Assembly: GCA_043811535.1 (NCBI GenBank)
Contig: JBDRNC010000008.1
Span: 32,001 to 96,000, forward strand
DNA length: 64,000 nucleotides
Reading direction: 5' to 3'
DNA from: Elusimicrobiota bacterium
GTDB taxonomy: Bacteria > Elusimicrobiota > Endomicrobiia > Endomicrobiales > JBDRNC01
Shown here: piece by piece, positions 10,626 through 20,127 of the stretch
Layout: the number at the start of each line of letters is the position of its first letter
Position numbering within the stretch: the stretch's first letter is position 1
The notes under the pieces: model-generated
Told to the model about the DNA's origin: nothing
The model's database searches: none
Seen by the model: only the letters and a program-made list of their open reading frames with translations
Program-made: the position numbers and the translations under genes

Positions 10626-12242
10626 ATGAAAGCTAAATATATTATCCTTTCGGTTATCATACTCGGCGCTTTTATAAGATTCATCGGAATAAGTATCGGC
10701 ATGCCGGATTTTCCTATATTTGACGAGCCGAACGTTACAGAAAGAGCATTGCGCATGGGAACAGGCGATTTGAACCCGCACTGGTTTGCCAACCCATCGT
10801 TGTGGGTCTATTTGAATTTTGCTGTCTTCATATTGTATTTTATAATTGGAAAGGTTTTCGGCCTTTTCGCGTCTTCGCGCGACTTCGCGTTATCATTTTT
10901 CAAGGATCCTTCGGCTTTTTATATCTTATCCAGATCTGTAACCGCGGTTTTCGGCACGCTGGCAATTTTGCCGCTGTACTCTTTAATTAAACGTTGTTAC
11001 GATCAAAAGACCGCCTACCTTTCCATTCTGTTGTTTGCCGTCAATCCGCTGCTGGTACAGGAATCACATTTTGCCAAAGTTGATATCCCGATGCTGTTCT
11101 TTTTGCTTGTTTCAATGATATGGATCATGAAAACATATGAAGACAGCAGTCTTAAGAACTACGTAATGTCCGGCATTCTGATCGGACTTGCCGTCGGAAC
11201 GAAATATTCAGCGGTTGTTCTGTATGCACCGCTGTTTCTCGCGCATATTTTTAGCTCCGAAGGGTTTCGTTTCAAAAAACTATGGTCTCCAAGGCTCTTG
11301 CTTGGGATTGCTGTTTCATTTGTTGTATTGTTTCTCACTACTCCTTTCATGGCAGTTGACACTCAAAAGTTTGTCTCTGATATTATCGCAATTTATAAAT
11401 CAGACAAATTCGGGTGGTCATACATGTATGGAATACCGGAGAAATTGAGTATTTTGTATTACCCGAAGGTTATCCTTGAAGGCATGACGCTGCCGGCCCT
11501 GCTGTTTTCTATTGCCGGCGCGGGATTGCTTTTCTTACGCAGGATTAATCTAAAAGAACTGATATTATATTCGCCCGCCGTTTTAACCCTGCTTATATTG
11601 GCAAAAACAAACAATATGGGGGAACGTTTTGCGCTGCCGTTGATACCCTTTTTGCTTGTACTTGCATCTATAGCCGTCCTTTATGTGACAGGAAGATTTA
11701 AGAAGAAATTATTTGAATTATTCATTATTCTCATTTTAGTCTTGCCGGCCCTTCTTGTTTCCCTGAAAAGCGATCTATCAATGACAACAGATTCCACCAT
11801 AACGATTGCCAAGACATGGATACTTGCTAATATTCCTGAAGGATCAAGGATAATCAGGGAACCTATTACGCCGGAGCTTATCCCGACAGAAGCTCAGATG
11901 AGGATAAATCTTTCCAAAATTAGAAAAGAAAACCCGAAATTCGGCAATAAGACTGAATATATTTTAAAACAGGAAAATGTCAAAAGATACAATTTGAAGT
12001 ATATCGACGTGTTTGAAAAGGAAAAAGCGTATGAATTGAATTCACTGCTTTCATTCAGACCGGAATACATTATATTAAGCAGTGAGGTTTACAAGCGCTT
12101 CAAAAATAAGGACTTTTATCCGATTCAGAATAGATTCTATGCTTGGCTTGAAAAAAACGGCAAATTGGAAATTTCTTTTGAATCGAAATTTAAGTATTAT
12201 CCTACAATCCTTGTGTATAGAATCAAAAAGGGAAGCATTTAA
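10626..12242 (+). CDS. GT-C fold (ArnT/PMT-like) membrane glycosyltransferase
   Basis: FDE motif after TM1, NPHWF, G...GTKY, ERF.LP; multi-TM. Confidence 0.8.
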   Translation: MKAKYIILSVIILGAFIRFIGISIGMPDFPIFDEPNVTERALRMGTGDLNPHWFANPSLWVYLNFAVFILYFIIGKVFGLFASSRDFALSFFKDPSAFYILSRSVTAVFGTLAILPLYSLIKRCYDQKTAYLSILLFAVNPLLVQESHFAKVDIPMLFFLLVSMIWIMKTYEDSSLKNYVMSGILIGLAVGTKYSAVVLYAPLFLAHIFSSEGFRFKKLWSPRLLLGIAVSFVVLFLTTPFMAVDTQKFVSDIIAIYKSDKFGWSYMYGIPEKLSILYYPKVILEGMTLPALLFSIAGAGLLFLRRINLKELILYSPAVLTLLILAKTNNMGERFALPLIPFLLVLASIAVLYVTGRFKKKLFELFIILILVLPALLVSLKSDLSMTTDSTITIAKTWILANIPEGSRIIREPITPELIPTEAQMRINLSKIRKENPKFGNKTEYILKQENVKRYNLKYIDVFEKEKAYELNSLLSFRPEYIILSSEVYKRFKNKDFYPIQNRFYAWLEKNGKLEISFESKFKYYPTILVYRIKKGSI

Positions 12243-12248
12243 ACTAAT

Positions 12249-13337
12249 ATGAGCGGCAAAAGACCTGTGATACTGTTTTTGGACCAGCCGCTTGACCCTC
12301 CGGGCGGGGGACAGATCAGCCTTTTGTCTATTTTAAAGGCATTGGACAGGAATAGATTTGATTCAAATGTTTTTCTTTCCCGTGACGGCGCTTTCAGGAA
12401 TTTATTGACTACTAACGGATTAAGTGTCTCGGTAATGCCTTTACTCAGACTTTACTGGTCAATTAGGAAGCTCCGGCCTGATATTATCCACTGCAACTCG
12501 GCGGCCACAAAATATACGCTGATTTCCGCACTATCATCCAAACTCCTTAAAATACCTTTCATCTGGCATGTGAGAGTTGATGTGTCTGCGGGATGGAAAG
12601 ACCGAGTTATCGCGGCTATAGCCTCAAAAATCATCGTCAATTCAGAGTTTGTCAAGAACCGGCGTTTTGAAACAAATGAATTTGTCAAAATCACCAGGGT
12701 TTATAACGCCGTAGATACGGAAATATTCAAGCCGGGAATTGAAACAGAGTATCTCCGGAACGAATTCAAAATACCTGCGGATTCACCGGTAATCGGAGTA
12801 TTCTCAAGGTTTGATAGCTGGAAAGGGCACATACTTTTTATGCAATCAGCAAAAATAGTCCACGCCAGGAATAATAAAGTATGTTTCCTTCTGACCGGCG
12901 AGGGAAAAGAAAAAGACGAACTGCTCCGAACCGCTAAGGAACTTGGAATATCTGGAAATGCCGTGTTCACCGGTTACAGGAATGACGTGCCCGCCCTGAT
13001 GAACCTTTGCTCCGCAATCGTCTGCCCGTCAATTACCCCTGAACCTTTCGGAAGGATTGCTATTGAAGGAATGGCATGCGGCAAGCCCGTCATTGCGACC
13101 AACATGGGAGGACATACGGAAACCATAATCAGCGATGTTGACGGTATTCTTACAAAACCCGATCCTATATCGCTTTCCGGGGATATTTCAAGAATCCTTT
13201 CCGACACGCAGCTGAGTAATGTATTATCCTCGAATGGACGAAAAAAAGCCGTCTCCGTTTTCTCGGTTAATAATCATGTCCGGCTTATAGAAAACATATA
13301 TGAAGAGATCCTGGCGCTATCCGGAACGGAATATTGA
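12249..13337 (+). CDS. Glycosyltransferase family 4
   Basis: GGGQ, WKGH, EPFGRIAIEGMACGKPVIAT. Confidence 0.9.
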   Translation: MSGKRPVILFLDQPLDPPGGGQISLLSILKALDRNRFDSNVFLSRDGAFRNLLTTNGLSVSVMPLLRLYWSIRKLRPDIIHCNSAATKYTLISALSSKLLKIPFIWHVRVDVSAGWKDRVIAAIASKIIVNSEFVKNRRFETNEFVKITRVYNAVDTEIFKPGIETEYLRNEFKIPADSPVIGVFSRFDSWKGHILFMQSAKIVHARNNKVCFLLTGEGKEKDELLRTAKELGISGNAVFTGYRNDVPALMNLCSAIVCPSITPEPFGRIAIEGMACGKPVIATNMGGHTETIISDVDGILTKPDPISLSGDISRILSDTQLSNVLSSNGRKKAVSVFSVNNHVRLIENIYEEILALSGTEY

Positions 13338-13370
13338 AGAATTGAAATATTCTGCAACAAAAAGGTTTAT

Positions 13371-14423
13371 ATGAAAATGTGTTATTTCGGAACATATGAC
13401 CCATTGTACCTGCGCAACCGTATTATTCAAAAGGGTCTGCGCGGCAACGGAATTGAAGTATATGAGTGCCGGACTGAATACACTAACATTTTCACAGTTT
13501 ACTTAAAGTTAATTTTGAAGTGGATGCGGCTTAAAAAAGATTTTTCCGCAATAATTGTCGGAGAAACAGGATATATTCTCATGCCCCTTGCCTGGATGCT
13601 TTCCAGGATTTGGGGGAAAAAGCTTTTTTTTGACGCCTTTTTCTCTTGCTATGAAGCATATGTTCTGGACAGAAAGCGCGTTAGGCCCGGGACTATTGAA
13701 GCAAAAAAACTTTTTTTTCTAGATAAATTCGGGTGTGCGCTTGCTGATATCGTAATTTTAGACACTTATTCGCATATTGATTATTTCAAAGAACAATTCG
13801 GCCTGAAAAACAGAATATTCAAGCGAGTGCTGGTCGGGGCGGATGACGCGGTATTCTCAGTAAAAACAAGGGCTCGCGGCAACGGACGATTCATTGTATT
13901 ATTCTGGGGAACATTCATCCCTCTTCACGGGGTTGAGTACATATTGAAGGCCGCGGACATTTTGAAATCCGATGGAACAATTATTTTCAAGCTTATCGGC
14001 AGGGGGCAGACATATCCCATGGCAATTAAAACGGCGCTAGACCTGAATCTGAAAAACATCGAATTTTCAGATTTCAAGAGCGAAGACGTTCTGGCTGAAG
14101 AAATAGCTACCGCGGACGTTTGCCTCGGTGTCTTCGGCGATACAGGTAAACCAATGCACGTGATACCCCACAAAGTGTTTCAGTCCTCCGCGATGAAAAA
14201 GCCTTCAATAACGGGAGATTCTCCGGCCGTTAAAGAAGTGTTTAGGGATAACGTTGACATTGTTCTCGCCGGAATGGCTGACCCGGCGGTTATTGCGGAC
14301 AAGATAATGATGCTGAAGAATGATTCCGGACTTAGACATCTGATAGCGGAAAATGCTTATAAAAACTTTACCGATAATTTTACTCCCAAAATAGTCACAA
14401 AACCATTGGTTGGACTTTTATGA
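13371..14423 (+). CDS. Glycosyltransferase family 4-like (GT-B)
   Basis: FWGTFIPLHG, ADVCLGVFG, VIPHKVFQ..AMKKP. Confidence 0.8.
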   Translation: MKMCYFGTYDPLYLRNRIIQKGLRGNGIEVYECRTEYTNIFTVYLKLILKWMRLKKDFSAIIVGETGYILMPLAWMLSRIWGKKLFFDAFFSCYEAYVLDRKRVRPGTIEAKKLFFLDKFGCALADIVILDTYSHIDYFKEQFGLKNRIFKRVLVGADDAVFSVKTRARGNGRFIVLFWGTFIPLHGVEYILKAADILKSDGTIIFKLIGRGQTYPMAIKTALDLNLKNIEFSDFKSEDVLAEEIATADVCLGVFGDTGKPMHVIPHKVFQSSAMKKPSITGDSPAVKEVFRDNVDIVLAGMADPAVIADKIMMLKNDSGLRHLIAENAYKNFTDNFTPKIVTKPLVGLL

Positions 14424-15244
14424 TTGGGACAACGGTTTCATGCAGAATATGCAGTGGAAAAGACCTTAAAACCGGTAATCTTGCAAAAGAGCCGTATAAG
14501 ATACTGGAATGCAGTAACTGCGGCGTCTGGTTCCTTGACCCTCAGCCCGAAACATTTTCCGCGGCGCATCATTACGATTCCAATTACTACGCCGATTGGG
14601 AAAACACGCAGAAAGCTCGGCGTACAGCTCTGTGGAAAGAAAGACTCCGCGGTCTCATTCCCTACGTGCGCGGCAAAAAGCTTCTGGACATAGGCGCCGG
14701 GACCGGATTGTTTATGTCAACCGCGAAGAATGAGGGCTTTGAAGTGCATGGCACTGAGATTTCGGTGGATGCCTGCAAACTCGCGGAAAACGCTTACGGC
14801 ATAAAAATATTCAACGGTGACCTTTTAAAGGCCGGATTTGAAGATAATTCTTTTGATGTAATCACGATATGGCATGTTCTTGAGCACCTGACGGATCCGA
14901 TGGCGACGATAAGGGAAGTTTACAGGATTCTCAAGCCGGGTGGAATATTTCTGCTCGCGCTTCCCAACCTGAATAATTACTTTTTCAGGCTCATGTACCC
15001 CGTAGTCAGGCGAAAAAAATACCTGCTTTTCACGCCGGAAGACAGGGAGCAGCATTTCTTCTATTTCAACGGGCGCGCGCTAAGAAATATGCTTGAACTC
15101 GGTAAATTCAATGTTTTAAAAATAGCGCCCGATCTCGGCCAGGTTTCCTCTGGAAAACGCATCCTGGATTTTATGCCTTATCTGTTTTACGCGATATCCG
15201 GAATTATTTTTACTGACGCGATAAAAGCTGTCGCCAGAAAGTAA
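14420..15244 (+). CDS. Class I SAM-dependent methyltransferase with N-terminal CxxC...CxxC
   Basis: CRIC/CSNC, LLDIGAGTG, WHVLEHL.DP, LKPGG. Confidence 0.88.
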   Translation: MIGTTVSCRICSGKDLKTGNLAKEPYKILECSNCGVWFLDPQPETFSAAHHYDSNYYADWENTQKARRTALWKERLRGLIPYVRGKKLLDIGAGTGLFMSTAKNEGFEVHGTEISVDACKLAENAYGIKIFNGDLLKAGFEDNSFDVITIWHVLEHLTDPMATIREVYRILKPGGIFLLALPNLNNYFFRLMYPVVRRKKYLLFTPEDREQHFFYFNGRALRNMLELGKFNVLKIAPDLGQVSSGKRILDFMPYLFYAISGIIFTDAIKAVARK

Positions 15245-15253
15245 TCATCTATT

Positions 15254-16345
15254 ATGAAAATCCTTATTGACGGAAGAGAATTTGAAAAGGGGAAATTGAC
15301 CGGGATAGGGCGGTTCCTGAAAAACGTCCTTGCCATGCTCGCGCCCGCGAGGCCGGGATGGGAGTTTATCCTTGTTCTCAACCAGCACGGGGAGTTTCCC
15401 GACAAGTACCCGAACCTGAAAACCGCCGTTATTCAAGAGAGAAACACTTTATTCACCGATCAGTTCACTCTGTCACGGCTTATCAGGCGGGAACGCGCCG
15501 GCCTGTTCTACTCGCCCTATTACAAGTGCCCTGTTTTCGCGAATGTTCCAAAAATAATCACGATACACGACCTGACGTATTTCATCCTGGAAAGTTCGCC
15601 GCATTTTAACAACAAACCTCTTCTCCTGTGGCACAGGATTATTGCACGCGGGGCGTCAAAGATAATCACTGTTTCCGAAAATTCGGCAAATGACATTAGC
15701 CGCCTGCTGAACGTCAGTCGCGACAAGATAAAGGTTTTATACAACACGGTCTCGGATTCTTTCGTTCCGCGGCCCGGCGTAGAGATATCCAAAACACTCG
15801 CCAATCATTCAATCAGGAAGCCCTATATCGTTTATGTAGGTAATTCAAAGCCCCATAAGAACCTGAAACGGCTTATTGAAGCGTTCTCGCTCCTGCCTGA
15901 AAAAATGCGGAACGCGTATTCGCTTGTCCTTGCCGGCGTTGACCCGTCAATCCTTGATGAATATCCGGATAAGAGCGGGTTTGCCGCGATACCTTTCATC
16001 CCGGACGAAGACCTTCCGGCCCTTTACAGCGGGGCCGAACTCATGGTGTTCCCGTCGCTTTACGAAGGTTTCGGCATTCCTCCGGTTGAAGCGATGGCAT
16101 GCGGGTGCCCCGTGGCGAGTTCCAACGTTTCCTGCATGCCTGAAATACTGGACGACGCGTGCGTTTACTTTAACCCGCTTGATATAAATGATATGTCGGA
16201 AAAAATCCAATTGCTGTTGTCTGATAAGAACCTGCGGGAAGAATTGAGCCATAACGGCAGGGAACGCGCTGAAAGATACCGCTTGAAAGCGTCCGTTCCA
16301 AGAGTACTCGGAATATTTGACGCGTTCGGAGTAAAACATGAATAA
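15254..16345 (+). CDS. Glycosyltransferase family 4
   Basis: TGIGR, TIHDL, PHKNL, PSLYEGFGIPPVEAMACG. Confidence 0.9.
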   Translation: MKILIDGREFEKGKLTGIGRFLKNVLAMLAPARPGWEFILVLNQHGEFPDKYPNLKTAVIQERNTLFTDQFTLSRLIRRERAGLFYSPYYKCPVFANVPKIITIHDLTYFILESSPHFNNKPLLLWHRIIARGASKIITVSENSANDISRLLNVSRDKIKVLYNTVSDSFVPRPGVEISKTLANHSIRKPYIVYVGNSKPHKNLKRLIEAFSLLPEKMRNAYSLVLAGVDPSILDEYPDKSGFAAIPFIPDEDLPALYSGAELMVFPSLYEGFGIPPVEAMACGCPVASSNVSCMPEILDDACVYFNPLDINDMSEKIQLLLSDKNLREELSHNGRERAERYRLKASVPRVLGIFDAFGVKHE

Positions 16346-17879
16346 ACCCAAATACACGCATGACCATGTTCTTTTCCTGCTTTTCACGCTGAACTCCCTG
16401 TTTTATATCTGGTTTTACCGGTTCCTGCCACTACAGGATTATCCTGATTGGCTTTTCCAGGGGCTTTTGTTCTCCAAAGCGCTGAAGGGACAGCTGATGG
16501 AAGGATACCGGCTGATTGGTTATCCCGTGGCGAATTCACTGTCAACTGTCTTCATCGGCCTGTTCGCCCTGCTGTTCAACATTGAGATATCAGGAAAAAT
16601 ACTGCTGTCGGCTTACGCGCTTGTTTTTATCGCCGGCTCTTTTTACATGCTTAATTCACTGGCAGGAAGGGATAATCATCCGTTCCATTACGCCGCGTTC
16701 CTTTTCCTTTTTAACTGCTTCTTCTTCGCCGGCAATATCAATTATGTCATCGGGCTCGGCATACTGTTTTTCGGGATGGGTTATATCCTCAGAAACGCCC
16801 AAACCCCCGAGAAGATTGGCGTCATACCGGTCCTGCTGGCATCCGTACTGCTGTTCTATTCCCACGCCGTGATATTCATGGTTTATCTGTTCTTCGCGGG
16901 GTTATTCGCGCTTTCTACCGCAAGGAAGAATGTTATTCTCAAGGTTCTGGCGGGATTGCTGCCGTCTATCGCGCTGTTCGGGATTTTTGCGGTTAACCAC
17001 CTGCGCATGGCGAAGGCCGCCGCGCCGGTCCCTCTTAATCTCAATTTTCTTTCCATATCGGGAATCGCCGGCAATATCTCGTGCCTTTCCGTTTTCCAAT
17101 ACTTTTACCCTGTCATGGACGCGAATACGAAATACATAAATATTCTCAATATACTTAATCTCGCATTTTGTCTAGTGTTTGCAGTGGTATTATTTTACGG
17201 TTTTCTGAAAATACTTTTAAAATTCAGGGAACACGCCTCGCTGGCTGTTTCAACCGCCGTTCTTTCCCTGTTTGCGTTTTTCAATCCCGGTTATTTCGCG
17301 GGAATCGTCAGGCCGGGCGAAAGGCTTATTTTTCCGGCGGTATGGATAATACTCGCGTTCCTGGCGGCGCGGCCCGGATATCTCGGCGCGAAATCCGGAA
17401 ATATCGTCAGATACGCCGCGATTTTCGCGGTCCTCGCGCAGGCATTCTTCCTTTATTACTTCGGCGGAATGGCCTCAAATCAAATGGCCGGTATGAATGC
17501 CGCGCTTGAGCAAAGCGGCGTTAAGGGCGATTACACGCTTGCCCCGGAAAGCCATTTTAACTATGAAAATACATTCCGCACGGATTTTAAAAAACCTAAA
17601 TTCCTCGGAAGGATATCGCCGCTCATACGCCTGCCGTATTACCTTAACATAAACAATTACGCGTACACCTCTGTTTTCCCGACGGGGATATTCATATCCG
17701 TTAAAGAATACGCGGCCGCGAATTCAATTACGGACATCCAAAACAATGCCGCGTCGTACAGGGATAACGTGATTATCGCAGGGCATCGCGCGGGGAATAA
17801 TTTTATCGCAGGAAAATTGAGCAAACGATATAAAATTGTCATTGACGAAAAATATTTCATGCTCCTAAAGAAAAAATAA
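16338..17879 (+). CDS. Polytopic membrane protein, possible GT-C glycosyltransferase
   Basis: About 12 TM helices, LPLQDYPDW loop motif after TM1; context inside glycan locus. Confidence 0.6.
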   Translation: MNKPKYTHDHVLFLLFTLNSLFYIWFYRFLPLQDYPDWLFQGLLFSKALKGQLMEGYRLIGYPVANSLSTVFIGLFALLFNIEISGKILLSAYALVFIAGSFYMLNSLAGRDNHPFHYAAFLFLFNCFFFAGNINYVIGLGILFFGMGYILRNAQTPEKIGVIPVLLASVLLFYSHAVIFMVYLFFAGLFALSTARKNVILKVLAGLLPSIALFGIFAVNHLRMAKAAAPVPLNLNFLSISGIAGNISCLSVFQYFYPVMDANTKYINILNILNLAFCLVFAVVLFYGFLKILLKFREHASLAVSTAVLSLFAFFNPGYFAGIVRPGERLIFPAVWIILAFLAARPGYLGAKSGNIVRYAAIFAVLAQAFFLYYFGGMASNQMAGMNAALEQSGVKGDYTLAPESHFNYENTFRTDFKKPKFLGRISPLIRLPYYLNINNYAYTSVFPTGIFISVKEYAAANSITDIQNNAASYRDNVIIAGHRAGNNFIAGKLSKRYKIVIDEKYFMLLKKK

Positions 17880-18952
17880 TGGAATTCAAGGCCGGTAAAA
17901 TCCTGGTAGTCAATCTTGGCGGGCTGGGCGACATCGTGATGATGACGCCCATACTGAAAGCCGTAAAGAAGAAATATCCCGGCTCAAGCATCTCTCTTCT
18001 GACTATACCCCGCTCGCTGGAAATATCAAAGAATCTTTCCGGCATCGACAGATTCTACACGCTGCCGATGACATTTAAGACTCCCTCGCCGTTCTTTTTC
18101 CTGAAACTGCTCCGTGCGGCGCTGGATTTGAGAAAAGAACGGTTTGACGCTCTTATTGACTTCAAGGGGGTACAGACAACACCGGGCAGCTTAAAGATGT
18201 TTCTGCTAGTTAAAATAATTAACGCGAAAACGTCTATCGGAAGGAACCTCGGAGGAAAAGGATGGTTTTTTGACCATAAAATCAAAGAGACCGTCAATAA
18301 ACCTAACACTGAAGTTGAACATACGCTGAAACTGCTTGAACCTCTGGAAATAACGGAATTTGACAAGACGATAGAGTATCCCGTCACGCGGCAGGACACG
18401 GAATTCATTGATTCCGAGCTTAAGAAATTAAATATTGACAAGGCCGTTCACAAGCTCATCGGCCTCAATCCAGGCGCGTTCAGGCCTTCGCGCAGGTGGC
18501 CTATTGATAGCTGGAAAGATCTGATAAACCTTTTAACCGTGAAATATCCCGACTGCAGGATATTCATTACGGGCGAGCAAAGCGAGCTGACTTCCATCGA
18601 GAAACTGAAAATCTCGGATAACGTTATCGTAACAAACGGCAAATACTCAATCGGACAGCTGGCGGCTTTGTTCAGCAAGCTTGATGTGTTTATCACGAAT
18701 GACACCGGGCCCATGCACCTGGCGGCCGCCGCGGGCGCGAAAATTACCGCTATATTCGGCCCGGGCGATGTCCACAGGTTCAGCCCTTCAGTCGCGAAAG
18801 AAAAATACAGGATAGTAAGAAAAGACATACCCGGCTGCGAAAGGCCCTGCTACAAATTCAGCTGTGACAATCCTGTATGCCTGACGGGCATACAGCCCGC
18901 TGAAGTGTTCGCGGCAGCGGACAATCTCCTTAAATCAGGCAAACAACAATGA
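17879..18952 (+). CDS. Glycosyltransferase family 9 (heptosyltransferase-like)
   Basis: GGLGDIVM.TP, NPGA....RRWP, NDTGPMHLAAA, IFGP. Confidence 0.9.
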   Translation: MEFKAGKILVVNLGGLGDIVMMTPILKAVKKKYPGSSISLLTIPRSLEISKNLSGIDRFYTLPMTFKTPSPFFFLKLLRAALDLRKERFDALIDFKGVQTTPGSLKMFLLVKIINAKTSIGRNLGGKGWFFDHKIKETVNKPNTEVEHTLKLLEPLEITEFDKTIEYPVTRQDTEFIDSELKKLNIDKAVHKLIGLNPGAFRPSRRWPIDSWKDLINLLTVKYPDCRIFITGEQSELTSIEKLKISDNVIVTNGKYSIGQLAALFSKLDVFITNDTGPMHLAAAAGAKITAIFGPGDVHRFSPSVAKEKYRIVRKDIPGCERPCYKFSCDNPVCLTGIQPAEVFAAADNLLKSGKQQ

Positions 18953-20127
18953 ATAAATCGAAGATAGTCCACATCATCACGCGTCTTGATACCGGCGGCA
19001 GCGCTGAAAACACGATAATCACCTGTTCGCTTTCGGACAAATCAAGATTTGAGACCACTCTCGTTTACGGCCCGCCCTTGATAAAAACTCTTTCCTGCGA
19101 AAGCGTCGTCCTGCCATCGCTTGTCAGGGAGATTTCTCCGGTTAAGGATATAATTACGCTTATCGCACTCTTCAGACTGCTTAGGAAGATTAAGCCGGAC
19201 GTAGTGCACACGCATTCGTCAAAGGGCGGCGTGATAGGCCGCTGGGCCGCCTGGCTGTATAACCAAACAACCAGGGTCCAGGGTCCAGGGTCCAGGATGA
19301 CGAAAATAGTCCACACACCACACGGGCACGTATTTTATGGCTATGAGTTCGGCCTTGTAAAAACACTTGTTTTCCGGCTGGTTGAAATATTCTCGGCGTT
19401 CATAACAACCAAATTGATAGCGCTGACGCAGGGCGAGATGAAAGAATCCCTTAGCGCGGGCGTCGGTAAGCCGGGCCAGTGGACCGTCATACACAGCGGA
19501 GTGGACATCGATCCCGCGGCTTTAAAGCCCGGGGCTTCCGTGAGGAAACAGCTGGGCCTGCCCGAAAACGCGCTGGTGGCAGGCACGATAGCAAGGCTTG
19601 AACACGTCAAGGGCGTTAAGTTTCTCATAGAAGCGGCCGGACTGTTAAGCAAGCGCGGGATGCGGGATGTTTACTGGCTGGTGGTCGGCGGCGGGAAATT
19701 AATGGACGTTCTCGCGTCAAGAGCGAACGCGCTCGGCCTCAAGGACAGGATTGTCTTTGCGGGGATGAGAGATGATGTCACGGAAATGTTTTCTTCAATG
19801 GATATATACGTCCAGCCGTCCCTGAATGAAGGAATGGGAAAAACAATCGTACAGGCCTGCGCGCTCGGGCTTCCGGTAATCGCTTCAAGAGTGCAGGGAA
19901 TACCAGATATAATTAAAGACGAGGAAACGGGAATGCTTGTTCCGCCGGCGAATCCCGAAGCGCTCGCGGAAAAGATTCAAGAATTGATAAATGATCCCGC
20001 AAAAAGAAAGAAACTCGGTGAATCCGGCAGGATATTCGTCAACAGGATATCCGACGGATTCCCTTTTTTCAGCAGCAAGAGAATGGTTCACCTGATGGAA
20101 AAACTATATGAAAACCTTCTGCGTTAG
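18949..20127 (+). CDS. Glycosyltransferase family 4 (carries an in-frame CCAGGGT repeat insertion)
   Basis: HIITRLDTGGS, VHTHSSKGG, HTPHGH, PSLNEGMG. Confidence 0.9.
   Translation: MNKSKIVHIITRLDTGGSAENTIITCSLSDKSRFETTLVYGPPLIKTLSCESVVLPSLVREISPVKDIITLIALFRLLRKIKPDVVHTHSSKGGVIGRWAAWLYNQTTRVQGPGSRMTKIVHTPHGHVFYGYEFGLVKTLVFRLVEIFSAFITTKLIALTQGEMKESLSAGVGKPGQWTVIHSGVDIDPAALKPGASVRKQLGLPENALVAGTIARLEHVKGVKFLIEAAGLLSKRGMRDVYWLVVGGGKLMDVLASRANALGLKDRIVFAGMRDDVTEMFSSMDIYVQPSLNEGMGKTIVQACALGLPVIASRVQGIPDIIKDEETGMLVPPANPEALAEKIQELINDPAKRKKLGESGRIFVNRISDGFPFFSSKRMVHLMEKLYENLLR
19271..19296 (+). repeat. Intragenic heptamer tandem repeat (CCAGGGT)x3+CCAGG
   Basis: Read directly; the same unit recurs intergenically at 60897-60913. 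Confidence 0.9.
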
